A stretch of 24,000 nucleotides of DNA from Breoghania sp. L-A4 (lineage in GTDB: Bacteria > Pseudomonadota > Alphaproteobacteria > Rhizobiales > Stappiaceae), in the NCBI RefSeq assembly GCF_003432385.1, contig NZ_CP031841.1, positions 4,280,165 through 4,304,164 of the forward strand. The letters are read 5' to 3'. A model generated the notes under the pieces. That model worked only from the letters and a program-made list of their open reading frames with translations. It made no database searches and was not told the DNA's origin. Below are positions 8,615 to 16,842 of this stretch, in pieces. The first letter of the stretch is position 1; each line of letters begins with the position of its first letter. Made by a program: the position numbers and the translations under genes.

Positions 8615-8935
8615 CTATTTGGGCTTGGGCTCGGTGGTGGCCCGCAGAGCGGAGAGCAGCGACAACATGTTGTCGGGGACATCTGACTGGGCCACTTTCA
8701 TCGTGGCCGCATTGAGCGTGTAGATCTGGATGACGCCCTGGTTCGCCGCAGCCTGCGCCAGCACCGCGGCTTGCTGCTGCGCGGCGACCGCGTTTTCCAT
8801 CAGGATCCCGGTCGAATGGGCCAACGTCTGATAGAGATTCCCCATCGCCATGGCCGGGGCTTCGCCAAGCACCCCGGTGTTGGTCTGGGTTACGGCATCG
8901 GTGACCTGGGGGTTCACGGTTGTCGAGTCGGGCAT
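8615..8935 (-). CDS. rebB: R-body protein RebB family (Pfam RebB, killing trait), 106 aa
   Basis: The ATG at 8935 is preceded by the strong SD GGGAGGAG. MPDSTTVNPQVTDAVTQTNTGVLGEAPAMAMGNLYQTLAHSTGILMENAVAAQQQAAVLAQAAANQGVIQIY matches my memory of the RebB family signature (VNxQITDxVTQxNxxVLGExPAxAMGxxYQxxAHSxGIxxxNAVxxQQ). The size matches Caedibacter RebA and RebB. Third codon positions are G/C-rich. Confidence 0.8.
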   Translation of the reverse strand: MPDSTTVNPQVTDAVTQTNTGVLGEAPAMAMGNLYQTLAHSTGILMENAVAAQQQAAVLAQAAANQGVIQIYTLNAATMKVAQSDVPDNMLSLLSALRATTEPKPK

Positions 8936-9062
8936 GCAATTCTCCTCCCTGAAGTCGAAAATTCAGTCTCCGGCAAAGCCGGTTCAAAACGAATGCGTGC
9001 CCGAAACAGGCGCGACAAAAGAAGGTCTGCCCCAAGATCCGGGCCGGCCGAACATGCGTCCG

Positions 9063-9102
9063 GGCGCGGCGGACGCTAGGCATTCCGGAGTGCCGCCGCG
9101 CC
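9063..9102. other. Perfect 10-bp GC stem-loop in the zapA-reb intergenic region
   Basis: ggcgcggcgg (9063-9072), a 20-nt loop, then ccgccgcgcc (9093-9102). On the minus-strand transcript it is preceded, not followed, by a U run, so it is not a canonical terminator. Confidence 0.5.
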
Positions 9103-9193
9103 AAAAATAACGCTACGGCAGACGCATGGAACGCGAAACCGGAGGGAATGGCAAGCCCCTCAAGCCGCAAGCCTGCCGCAAATACGGCCGGCT

Positions 9194-9221
9194 TTTAAAG
9201 ACGCGCAGTCATTGCGGTCAA
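9194..9221 (-). promoter_or_regulatory. Sigma70-like promoter candidate for the reb cluster
   Basis: On the minus strand: TTGACC (9221-9216), a 16-nt spacer, then TTTAAA (9199-9194). It starts about 40 nt downstream of the zapA stop. It would give a 5' leader of about 250 nt containing the 9063-9102 hairpin. This is a pattern match only. Confidence 0.25.
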
Positions 9222-9259
9222 TAATGTGCAGCCATCGGGACCGCGGCGTCGGAACCTTT

Positions 9260-9637
9260 TCAGCTTGTCGAGGCGCGCACGGAACGGTTGAGCGATTGCG
9301 CCAGTTCCTCGATGCGTCCGGCAGCCTCGTCGACGCGCGCAACGATTGTGTTCTCGTTCTCCTCGAGACGATCGACGGTCGCGGCGCGCGACTCGCGCAA
9401 GCTCGCGAGTTCGCCCTCGAGCCCCTTGATGCGGCGCTCGGCTTCGGAGAGCTGGTCGACCATCATGATGCCCGCCATGACCGTCAGCCGCTGATCGCCG
9501 ATTTCCCCGAAACCACCCTTCAACTGTCCGATGGTCTCGTTGAACCGCTCACCCAGCCCGATCAGCCGGTCTTCCTCGCCATCATCGCACGCCATTCTGT
9601 AGTTGCGGCCATTGATCGTTACGGTCACCTGCGCCAT
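9260..9637 (-). CDS. zapA: Cell division protein ZapA
   Basis: MAQVTVTINGRNYRMACDDGEEDRLIGLGERFNETIGQLKGGFGEIGDQRLTVMAGIMMVDQL is the typical alphaproteobacterial ZapA N-terminal domain. It is followed by a coiled-coil tail. Confidence 0.9.
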   Translation of the reverse strand: MAQVTVTINGRNYRMACDDGEEDRLIGLGERFNETIGQLKGGFGEIGDQRLTVMAGIMMVDQLSEAERRIKGLEGELASLRESRAATVDRLEENENTIVARVDEAAGRIEELAQSLNRSVRASTS

Positions 9638-9642
9638 GCGGC

Positions 9643-9924
9643 TTACCCTCCATGGGTTTCAAGAACGGTGCGGATGGATTCCATGGCGGAAACCAGACGC
9701 CGCGAGACTTCCTTGTTGGCGCTTTCGAGCCGGTCCGATCGTCCTTCGGAGGTGTCCAGCGTCTCGGCGAGCCGCGCGCGGTCCTCGCCCAGCCGCTGCA
9801 GCTCATCCTGCAGCGCCGCCACGGTCGTGTCGCTGTCGAGCCGCCGGTTGACAGCCGCTTCAAGCTGTCCGATCGCGGCGGACAGGCGGGTGAAGGCCGC
9901 GTCGAGTTTGCTGGATTGCGTCAT
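9643..9924 (-). CDS. DUF4164 coiled-coil protein, ZauP-like (ZapA-associated)
   Basis: 93 aa, entirely heptad-like (LDAAFTRLSAAIGQLEAAVNRRL...LQDELQRLGEDRARLAETL). It lies immediately upstream of zapA with a 5-nt gap, as I recall for Caulobacter zauP-zapA. Confidence 0.8.
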   Translation of the reverse strand: MTQSSKLDAAFTRLSAAIGQLEAAVNRRLDSDTTVAALQDELQRLGEDRARLAETLDTSEGRSDRLESANKEVSRRLVSAMESIRTVLETHGG

Positions 9925-10263
9925 GATCTACCCCGGCGGCCTGCTGCAACCATCGCCACTGTCGTCCTGTCTTCAGCCGTACGCGGTCGCCTGGGTCTAT
10001 CGGCCGCTCCCGCGCCATCCATGCCGTCCCGGGCCGGGCGTGGCACCGATTCCCTGACACAAGGCGCACGTCGCAACCCGAAGACCCGAACCGGCAATCC
10101 GGCACGCATCCCATTCGAATATCACGATCCGCTTCGAAAGTGCATGAAGATCTATCCGGCATCCTCTTGCGAAGCCTAGGCTCAGGAGAATTACCACGTC
10201 AATGCCGGTGCGGCGGCTGCCCATAGGGAAGCCATTGAATCTCTGCTGCGGCGCCCGGTTGCA

Positions 10264-10291
10264 TTGACTCGGCAAAGGTTCCTGCTATTTG
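10264..10291 (+). promoter_or_regulatory. Sigma70-like promoter candidate upstream of tkt
   Basis: TTGACT (10264-10269), a 16-nt spacer, then TATTTG (10286-10291) with an extended -10 TG at 10283-10284. It lies about 125 nt upstream of the tkt ATG. This is a pattern match only. Confidence 0.3.
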
Positions 10292-10417
10292 TCGTGCGCC
10301 TCGCGGCAGGCGCTCACGCCAGACCGCGATTTCACCGGGCGCACGCCAGCTGCCCAAGCGACAGGACCTCGGACGAAAGCGTCGGCCGTACGGGCCGGTC
10401 CGTGCGACGGGAACCAA

Positions 10418-12406
10418 ATGACCGATCTTCAAAAACACAACCGGATGGCCAATGCGATCCGCTTTCTCGCCATCGATGCCGTCGAGCAGGCCAAGTCCGG
10501 ACACCCCGGGCTGCCCATGGGCGCCGCCGACATTGCCACCGTGCTGTTCACACGATTCCTGAAGTTCGATCCCACCGCGCCGAACTGGCCGGACAGGGAC
10601 CGCTTCGTGCTGTCGGCCGGACACGGCTCGATGCTGCTTTACGCATCGCTGCACCTGCTGGGCTATGAAGACTTCACGCTGGACCAGTTGAAGAATTTCC
10701 GCCAGATCGGCGCGCTGACGGCGGGCCATCCGGAATACGGCCACGGCGCCGGCATCGAGACGACCACCGGTCCGCTCGGCCAGGGCATCGCCAACGCCGT
10801 GGGCATGGCGCTCACCGAGCGCATCATGAATGCGCAATACGGCGACGATGTCGTCGACCACCACACCTATGTTCTGGCAGGCGACGGCTGCCTGATGGAA
10901 GGCATCAGCCAGGAAGCCATCTCGCTGGCCGGCCACCTGCAGCTTTCCAAGCTCGTCCTGTTCTGGGATGACAACGGCATCTCGATCGACGGAGCCGTGA
11001 GCCTTTCGGATTCGACCGATCAGGCCGCGCGCTTCGAGGCGTCGGGCTGGAACACCATTCGCGTCGACGGCCATAACCCCGACGAGATCGCAGCCGCGAT
11101 CACCTCGGCGCGCGCCGCCGACCGGCCGACGATGATCGCCTGCAAGACGACCATCGGCTTCGGCTCGCCCAACAAGGCCGGCAAGTCCTCCGCGCATGGC
11201 TCGCCCCTGGGCGCCGACGAAATCGCCCTGACGCGCAAGGAACTCGGCTGGGAAGAAGCGCCGTTCGAAATTCCCGCCGACGTGCGCGACGCATGGCGCA
11301 TCGCGGGCCTGCGCTCCGGCCAGGCGCACAAGGAATGGGAGAAGCGTTTCGAGGGCCTGGACGGCGAGATCCGCTCCGAGTTCGATCGCCGCATCCGCGG
11401 CGACCTGCCGGCGGGTTTCGGCGACGCCATGCGCGCGCTGAGGACGAAGCTCGCCGCGGACGAGCCGACGCTGGCCACCCGCAAGGCTTCCGAACTGGCG
11501 CTGGAGACCATCAACGCGGCGGTGCCCGAAACCATCGGCGGTTCGGCCGACCTGACCGGCTCCAACAACACCCGCACCAAGGACATGAAGGCGATCGCGC
11601 CGGGCGATTTCTCCGGCCGCTTCATCCATTGGGGCATCCGCGAGCACGGCATGGCCGGCGCCATGAACGGCATGGCGCTGCACGGCGGCGTGATTCCCTA
11701 TTCCGGCACCTTCATGGTGTTCACCGACTACTGCCGCCCCTCGATTCGCCTCGCGGCCCTGATGAACCAGCGCGTGATCCACGTGATGACGCACGACTCC
11801 ATCGGCCTGGGCGAAGACGGCCCGACGCATCAGCCGGTCGAGCATCTGGCGAGCCTGCGCGCCATGCCCAACCTCCTGGTCATGCGCCCGGGCGATGCCA
11901 TGGAAACCGCCGAGTGCTGGCAGATTGCCTTCGAGCATACCAGTGGCCCGACGATCCTGGCGCTGACCCGGCAGAACCTCAAGGCATTCCGCGCCCAGGC
12001 CGACGACAAGCTGCTGTCCGCCCAGGGCGCCTATGAAGTCGCCGGCAGCAAGGACGACGCACAGGTGACGATCTTCGCCACCGGTTCGGAAGTCGAGATC
12101 GCGCTGGAAGCGCATGCCACGCTCACCGAGAACGGCATTGCCGCACGAGTCGTCTCCGTTCCCTGCATGGAGCTCTTCGAGGCCCGCTCGGAGGACTACA
12201 AGGCATCGATCATCGGCGACGCCCCGGTCAAGGTTGCGGTTGAAGCCGGTGTCCGGATGGGATGGGATCGCTTCATCGGCACCGACGGCATCTTCATCGG
12301 CATGTCGGGCTTTGGCGCCTCGGGTCCCTACAAGGAACTCTACAAGCACTTCGGCATCACCGCCGAAGCCATCGTCGAGCAGGCCACCGCGAAGCTGGCG
12401 CAATAA
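10418..12406 (+). CDS. tkt: Transketolase
   Basis: [44 protein letters not shown]..., with the TPP-binding motif [15 protein letters not shown] and later [20 protein letters not shown] prefer the ATG at 10418 on N-terminal homology. The track ORF starts further upstream at 10289. Confidence 0.95.
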   Translation: MTDLQKHNRMANAIRFLAIDAVEQAKSGHPGLPMGAADIATVLFTRFLKFDPTAPNWPDRDRFVLSAGHGSMLLYASLHLLGYEDFTLDQLKNFRQIGALTAGHPEYGHGAGIETTTGPLGQGIANAVGMALTERIMNAQYGDDVVDHHTYVLAGDGCLMEGISQEAISLAGHLQLSKLVLFWDDNGISIDGAVSLSDSTDQAARFEASGWNTIRVDGHNPDEIAAAITSARAADRPTMIACKTTIGFGSPNKAGKSSAHGSPLGADEIALTRKELGWEEAPFEIPADVRDAWRIAGLRSGQAHKEWEKRFEGLDGEIRSEFDRRIRGDLPAGFGDAMRALRTKLAADEPTLATRKASELALETINAAVPETIGGSADLTGSNNTRTKDMKAIAPGDFSGRFIHWGIREHGMAGAMNGMALHGGVIPYSGTFMVFTDYCRPSIRLAALMNQRVIHVMTHDSIGLGEDGPTHQPVEHLASLRAMPNLLVMRPGDAMETAECWQIAFEHTSGPTILALTRQNLKAFRAQADDKLLSAQGAYEVAGSKDDAQVTIFATGSEVEIALEAHATLTENGIAARVVSVPCMELFEARSEDYKASIIGDAPVKVAVEAGVRMGWDRFIGTDGIFIGMSGFGASGPYKELYKHFGITAEAIVEQATAKLAQ

Positions 12407-12508
12407 AAACCCCCGCGGCATCTTCACCAGAGGACGCCGCGGCACCATTTCGAACTTGAATTGATACGGGCGAGACCGGGCGCAGGCCCGGCACGACGGG
12501 AGACGACA

Positions 12509-13519
12509 ATGGCAGTCAAGGTAGCAATCAACGGATTTGGACGCATCGGCCGCAACGTGCTGCGCGCCATCGTGGAATCGGGCCGGACCGACATCGAGGT
12601 CGTCGGTATCAACGACCTGGGCCCGGTGGAAACCAATGCCCATCTGCTGCGCTATGATTCCGTGCACGGCCGCTTCCCGGCCGAAGTGACTGTCTCCGGC
12701 GACACCATCGCGATTGACGGCGGCAAGCCGATCAAGGTCACCGCGATCCGCGATCCCAAGGACCTGCCCTGGGGCGAACTCGGCGTCGACATCGCGATGG
12801 AATGCACCGGCATCTTCACCGCCCGGGACAAGGCCGCGCTGCACCTGGAAGCCGGAGCCAAGCGGGTGCTGGTCTCCGCTCCCGCCGCCGGCGCCGACAA
12901 GACCATCGTCTTCGGCGTCAACGACAGCGCGCTGACCAAGGACGATCTCGTCGTCTCCAACGCCTCGTGCACCACAAACTGCCTGTCGCCCGTCGCCTAC
13001 GTGCTGAATGAGACCGTCGGTATCGAAAAGGGCTTCATGACGACGATCCACTCGTACACCGGCGACCAGCCGACGCTGGACACGATGCACAAGGATCTGT
13101 ATCGGGCGCGCGCCGCCGCCATGTCGATGATCCCGACCTCCACCGGAGCGGCAAAGGCCGTCGGCCTGGTGCTGCCGGAGCTCAACGGCAAGCTGGACGG
13201 CGTATCGATCCGCGTGCCGACCCCGAATGTCTCGGTGGTGGACCTCAACTTCATCGCCAAGCGCGAGACCTCCGTCGAGGAGATCAACGCCGCGATCAAG
13301 ACGGCGGCCGACGGCAAGCTGAAGGGCATTCTCGGCTACACCAACGAGCCGCTGGTCTCCATCGACTTCAACCACGACAGCCACTCGTCGATCTTCCACA
13401 TGGACCAGACCAAGGTCATGGAAGGCACCTTCGTGCGCATCCTGTCCTGGTACGACAACGAGTGGGGCTTCTCCAACCGCATGTCCGATACCGCCGTCGC
13501 CATGGCGAAGCTGATCTGA
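12509..13519 (+). CDS. gap: Type I glyceraldehyde-3-phosphate dehydrogenase
   Basis: [20 protein letters not shown] is the Rossmann N-terminus. The active site is [10 protein letters not shown], and [11 protein letters not shown] lies near the C-terminus. GGGAGA precedes the ATG at 12509. Confidence 0.95.
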   Translation: MAVKVAINGFGRIGRNVLRAIVESGRTDIEVVGINDLGPVETNAHLLRYDSVHGRFPAEVTVSGDTIAIDGGKPIKVTAIRDPKDLPWGELGVDIAMECTGIFTARDKAALHLEAGAKRVLVSAPAAGADKTIVFGVNDSALTKDDLVVSNASCTTNCLSPVAYVLNETVGIEKGFMTTIHSYTGDQPTLDTMHKDLYRARAAAMSMIPTSTGAAKAVGLVLPELNGKLDGVSIRVPTPNVSVVDLNFIAKRETSVEEINAAIKTAADGKLKGILGYTNEPLVSIDFNHDSHSSIFHMDQTKVMEGTFVRILSWYDNEWGFSNRMSDTAVAMAKLI

Positions 13520-13525
13520 TCAACA

Positions 13526-13560
13526 GAGCGGGAACCGGGCTCCGGTTCCCGCTCGTTTTA
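13526..13560 (+). terminator. Rho-independent terminator after gap
   Basis: A perfect 13-bp stem: gagcgggaaccgg (13526-13538), loop gct, ccggttcccgctc (13542-13554). It is followed by gTTTTa and starts 7 nt after the gap stop. Confidence 0.75.
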
Positions 13561-13705
13561 TGAAAGCCGGCCTGCGCAAAGCCTGAAACCCATCATGCCG
13601 CCGTCCTGGCGGTGTCCTGATTTGGCGCTCAGTTCGTCAGCAGTACGCGATTGCATTCGTCGGGCCAAACGCGACAGCCGAACGAAACTGCTCCCGGAGT
13701 TGTGC

Positions 13706-14902
13706 ATGACATCCTTCAAAACCCTCGACGACATGACCCTCTCCGGAAAGCGCGTGCTGGTTCGGGTCGATCTCAACGTGCCGATGGCCAATGGCGTGGT
13801 GTCCGACACGACCCGCATCGAACGTATCCTGCCCACGATCCGCGAGATCGTGCATCAGGGCGGCAAGGTGATCCTGCTGGCCCACTTCGGCCGCCCCAAG
13901 GGCAAGCCGGTGGCCGAGATGTCGCTGAAGCCCGTCGTGCGCCCGCTGAGCGAACTGCTGGGACAAAGCGTCGATTTCGCGAGCGACTGCATCGGCCAGC
14001 CGGCGGCCGACGCTGTGGCCAAGATGGTCGACGGCGGCGTCCTGCTGCTGGAAAACACCCGCTTCCACGCGGGCGAAGAGAAGAATGATCCCGCGTTTGC
14101 CAAGGCGCTGGCCGCCAACGGCGACGTCTACGTGAACGACGCCTTTTCCGCCGCCCACCGCGCGCACGCATCGACGGAAGGTCTGGCGCGCCTGCTGCCG
14201 GCCTGCGCCGGACGCACCATGCAGGCCGAGCTTGACGCGTTGAATGCCGCGCTTGGGACCCCGAAGCGTCCGGTGCTCGCCGTTGTCGGCGGCGCGAAAG
14301 TCTCCTCCAAGATAGACCTTCTGGAAAACCTCGTCGGCCGTGTCGACATGCTGGTGATCGGCGGCGGCATGGCCAACACCTTCCTCGCCGCCCAGGGCAT
14401 CGATGTGGGCAAGTCCCTGTGCGAGCACGACCTGGCCGGGACGGCGACGCGCATCATGGCTGCGGCGAAGGCCGCCGGGTGCGAAATCGTTCTGCCGGTG
14501 GACGCGGTTGTGGCGCGCGAATTCGCCGCCAACGCACCCAGCGAAACGGTGGCGCTCGACGCCATTCCCGCCGACGCCATGATCCTCGACGTGGGCCCGG
14601 CCTCCATTGCCCATGTGTCGGAGAAGATCGACGCCGCCGCGACGCTTGTGTGGAACGGCCCGCTTGGCGCCTTCGAGATCGCGCCCTTCGACACAGCCAC
14701 GGTCGCTGCCGCGCGGCACGCCGCCGCGCGCACCAAGGCCGGCGCGCTTCTGTCGGTGGCTGGCGGCGGCGACACGGTGGCGGCCCTCAACCATGCGGGC
14801 GCGGCGCAGGATTTCACCTATGTTTCCACCGCCGGCGGCGCCTTCCTGGAATGGCTCGAAGGCAAGGAATTGCCCGGCGTCGCTGCGCTGGAATCCGAAT
14901 AA
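13706..14902 (+). CDS. pgk: Phosphoglycerate kinase
   Basis: [27 protein letters not shown]...[11 protein letters not shown]...[10 protein letters not shown]...GGGDT are canonical PGK motifs. GGAG lies 8 nt before the ATG at 13706. Confidence 0.95.
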   Translation: MTSFKTLDDMTLSGKRVLVRVDLNVPMANGVVSDTTRIERILPTIREIVHQGGKVILLAHFGRPKGKPVAEMSLKPVVRPLSELLGQSVDFASDCIGQPAADAVAKMVDGGVLLLENTRFHAGEEKNDPAFAKALAANGDVYVNDAFSAAHRAHASTEGLARLLPACAGRTMQAELDALNAALGTPKRPVLAVVGGAKVSSKIDLLENLVGRVDMLVIGGGMANTFLAAQGIDVGKSLCEHDLAGTATRIMAAAKAAGCEIVLPVDAVVAREFAANAPSETVALDAIPADAMILDVGPASIAHVSEKIDAAATLVWNGPLGAFEIAPFDTATVAAARHAAARTKAGALLSVAGGGDTVAALNHAGAAQDFTYVSTAGGAFLEWLEGKELPGVAALESE

Positions 14903-14991
14903 TGATAGAATCCGGCGCGCGATGAATGCGCGCGCCACGGCTGGCATGCCTTGCACGGGCACAACGTATGGACGATCGAAGGGGCTAGAGA

Positions 14992-16017
14992 ATGAGCGAA
15001 CTGCTTGAAGATATTGTGGCTGCCATGATGAGCAAGGGCCAGGGCATCCTGGCCGCCGACGAGAGCACGGGCACCATCAAGAAGCGGTTCGACCAGATCG
15101 CGACCGAGAACACCGAGAACAACCGCCGCGACTACCGGGAAATGCTGTTCCGCACCGAGCCGGCGATGAGCGACAATATCTCCGGCGTCATTCTCTACGA
15201 CGAGACGATCCGCCAGAAGGCCAAGGACGGCACGCCGCTGACCGAGCTGATCAAGGCCGCGGGCGCGGTTCCGGGCATCAAGGTCGACATGGGCGCCAAA
15301 CCGCTGGCCGGCTTCGAGGGCGAGACGGTGACCGAAGGTCTCGACGGATTGCGCGAGCGGCTGAACGAGTATTATGAGCTCGGCGCCCGTTTCGCAAAGT
15401 GGCGCGCGGTGATCGCCATCGGCGAGGCCATGCCGTCGTCCAATTGCGTGCAGGCCAATGCCCATGCGCTGGCCCGCTATGCGGCTCTGTGCCAGGAAGC
15501 CGGCATCGTGCCGATCGTCGAGCCGGAAGTGCTGATGGACGGCCCCAATGCGGACCACGACATCGAGACCTGCTACGACGTCACCGAATGGGCGCTCAAC
15601 ACGGTTTTCAGCGAGCTGTATCAGGCCGGCGTCTTGCTGGAGGGCATGGTGCTGAAGCCGAACATGGTGATTGCCGGTCAGAAATGCGCAGAGCAGGCGT
15701 CCACCGAGGAAGTCGCGGAGATGACCGTGCGCTGCCTGAAATCGACGGTGCCCGCCGCGGTTGGCGGCATCGCCTTCCTGTCGGGCGGCCAGAGCGATGT
15801 TCAGGCGACCGAGAATCTGTCCCTGATGAACGCCATGGGTGGTCTGCCGTGGACGCTGACCTTCTCCTATGGCCGCGCCCTGCAGCAGGCGGCGCTCAAG
15901 GCCTGGGGCGGCAAGGCGGAGAACGTTGCGGCCGGCCAGGCCGCCTTCGCCCATCGCGCGAAGATGAACGGTCTCGCCGCCACCGGCACCTGGTCGCGGG
16001 AGCTGGAGACCGCGTAG
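14992..16017 (+). CDS. fba: Class I fructose-bisphosphate aldolase
   Basis: GILAADESTGTIKKRF near the N-terminus, the Schiff-base lysine context EGMVLKPNMV, and LSGGQS and FSYGRALQ. These resemble the eukaryote-type class I aldolase. Confidence 0.93.
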   Translation: MSELLEDIVAAMMSKGQGILAADESTGTIKKRFDQIATENTENNRRDYREMLFRTEPAMSDNISGVILYDETIRQKAKDGTPLTELIKAAGAVPGIKVDMGAKPLAGFEGETVTEGLDGLRERLNEYYELGARFAKWRAVIAIGEAMPSSNCVQANAHALARYAALCQEAGIVPIVEPEVLMDGPNADHDIETCYDVTEWALNTVFSELYQAGVLLEGMVLKPNMVIAGQKCAEQASTEEVAEMTVRCLKSTVPAAVGGIAFLSGGQSDVQATENLSLMNAMGGLPWTLTFSYGRALQQAALKAWGGKAENVAAGQAAFAHRAKMNGLAATGTWSRELETA

Positions 16018-16057
16018 GGCGGGATTAAACCCCCGTCAACGCAACAAGACTAGTTGA

Positions 16058-16124
16058 AGAGGGGCTGCGGACGTTTTCCGGTTGAATCGGAAACTGCGTC
16101 CGCCACCCCTCTTTTGCCGTTTTT
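16058..16124 (+). terminator. Rho-independent terminator after fba
   Basis: Long stem: agaggggctgcggacg (16058-16073) pairs with cgtccgccacccctct (16097-16112), giving 14 of 16 bp. An inner helix tttccg/cggaaa lies within it. It is followed by tttt-gccg-ttttt. Confidence 0.7.
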
Positions 16125-16182
16125 GGCCCTCATGTGCCATTTCTGGATACAAGCTGCCTGTACCAGTGCCCCGGAGAAACCC

Positions 16183-16842
16183 GTGTTCCGTTCCCGCTTG
16201 TTTCTGATCACCCCCACCGTCTTTGACGTGGAGACCTTCGCGCCGCAACTGCGCGAGGCCCTCGCGGGCGGCGACGTCGCGTCCTTGCTGATCGCGTTTG
16301 ACGGCGCGGACACCGAGAAGATGCAAACTGTGGCTGAAGTGCTGACGCCGATCGCCCAGGATGCGGATGTCGCGGTGCTCATTCGCAACGACACGCAGGC
16401 GGCGGGCCGCTCACGCGCCGACGGCGTCCATGTCGACACCGACGTTGACGATCTGCTTCTGGCGTTGGAGAGCATGCGGCCGAACCGCATCGTCGGCGCG
16501 GGCGGGATCAAGGACCGGCACACCGCCATGATGATCGGCTCGACGGACGCGGACTACATTTTCTTCGGAATGCTCGATCTCGAAGAACGCGATGAAGCGC
16601 ACCCCAAGAACCTGGACTTCGGTGAATGGTGGGCAGAGGTGTTCGAAGTGCCGTGCGTGGTAATGGCGGGACGCGACCCCGCTTCGGTGCACGACATCGC
16701 CATGACGCGGGCGGACTTCGTCGCCCTGCGGGCCGGCGTTTGGGAACACCCGGAAGGCCCGCGCAAGGCGGTGGCCGACGCCAATGCCGCACTCGATGCG
16801 GCGGCCGCGGACCTGAAGGCGCTGGAGGACAACGCTGGATGA
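16183..16842 (+). CDS. Thiamine-phosphate synthase (ThiE/TenI) fold protein, apparently degenerate
   Basis: FRSRLFLITP...DVASLLIAF...ADGVHVD...IVGAGGIKDRHTAMMIGSTDADYIFFG fits the TMP-TENI-like barrel layout. The GTG at 16183 lies 6 nt after GGAG. Alternative starts are ATG 16132 and TTG 16054, but 16054 overlaps the fba terminator. Confidence 0.7.
   Translation: MFRSRLFLITPTVFDVETFAPQLREALAGGDVASLLIAFDGADTEKMQTVAEVLTPIAQDADVAVLIRNDTQAAGRSRADGVHVDTDVDDLLLALESMRPNRIVGAGGIKDRHTAMMIGSTDADYIFFGMLDLEERDEAHPKNLDFGEWWAEVFEVPCVVMAGRDPASVHDIAMTRADFVALRAGVWEHPEGPRKAVADANAALDAAAADLKALEDNAG

Noticed and set aside
8771-9110. Plus-strand ORFs 8771-9079 and 8850-9110 in the reb upstream region
   Set aside because: They overlap the well-supported minus-strand rebB-like gene and its leader. 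They have no SD, and their translations are Arg/Gly/Pro-rich.
7896-9170. 424-aa ORF that would cover the entire reb region as one gene
   Set aside because: Only its last 114 codons look like protein; they have their own ATG, an SD, and an ATGA overlap with the upstream ORF. The upstream 310 codons are Arg/Gly-rich off-frame sequence. They overlap two other-frame ORFs that have strong SDs, G/C-rich third positions and RebB-like sequence.
10199-13399. 1066-aa minus-strand ORF spanning the tkt and gap region
   Set aside because: It is antisense to two genes with unmistakable catalytic motifs (transketolase [23 protein letters not shown]). Its translation is Arg/Gly/Ala/Val-rich low-complexity sequence with no recognisable domain. 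This is the typical stop-codon-poor antisense frame of a high-GC genome.
16018-16182. Possible TPP riboswitch upstream of the ThiE-like gene
   Set aside because: The interval lacks the conserved CUGAGA and ACCUGAUCUGGAUAAUGCCAGCG-type elements I recall for the riboswitch. A terminator hairpin belonging to fba accounts for the structure instead.
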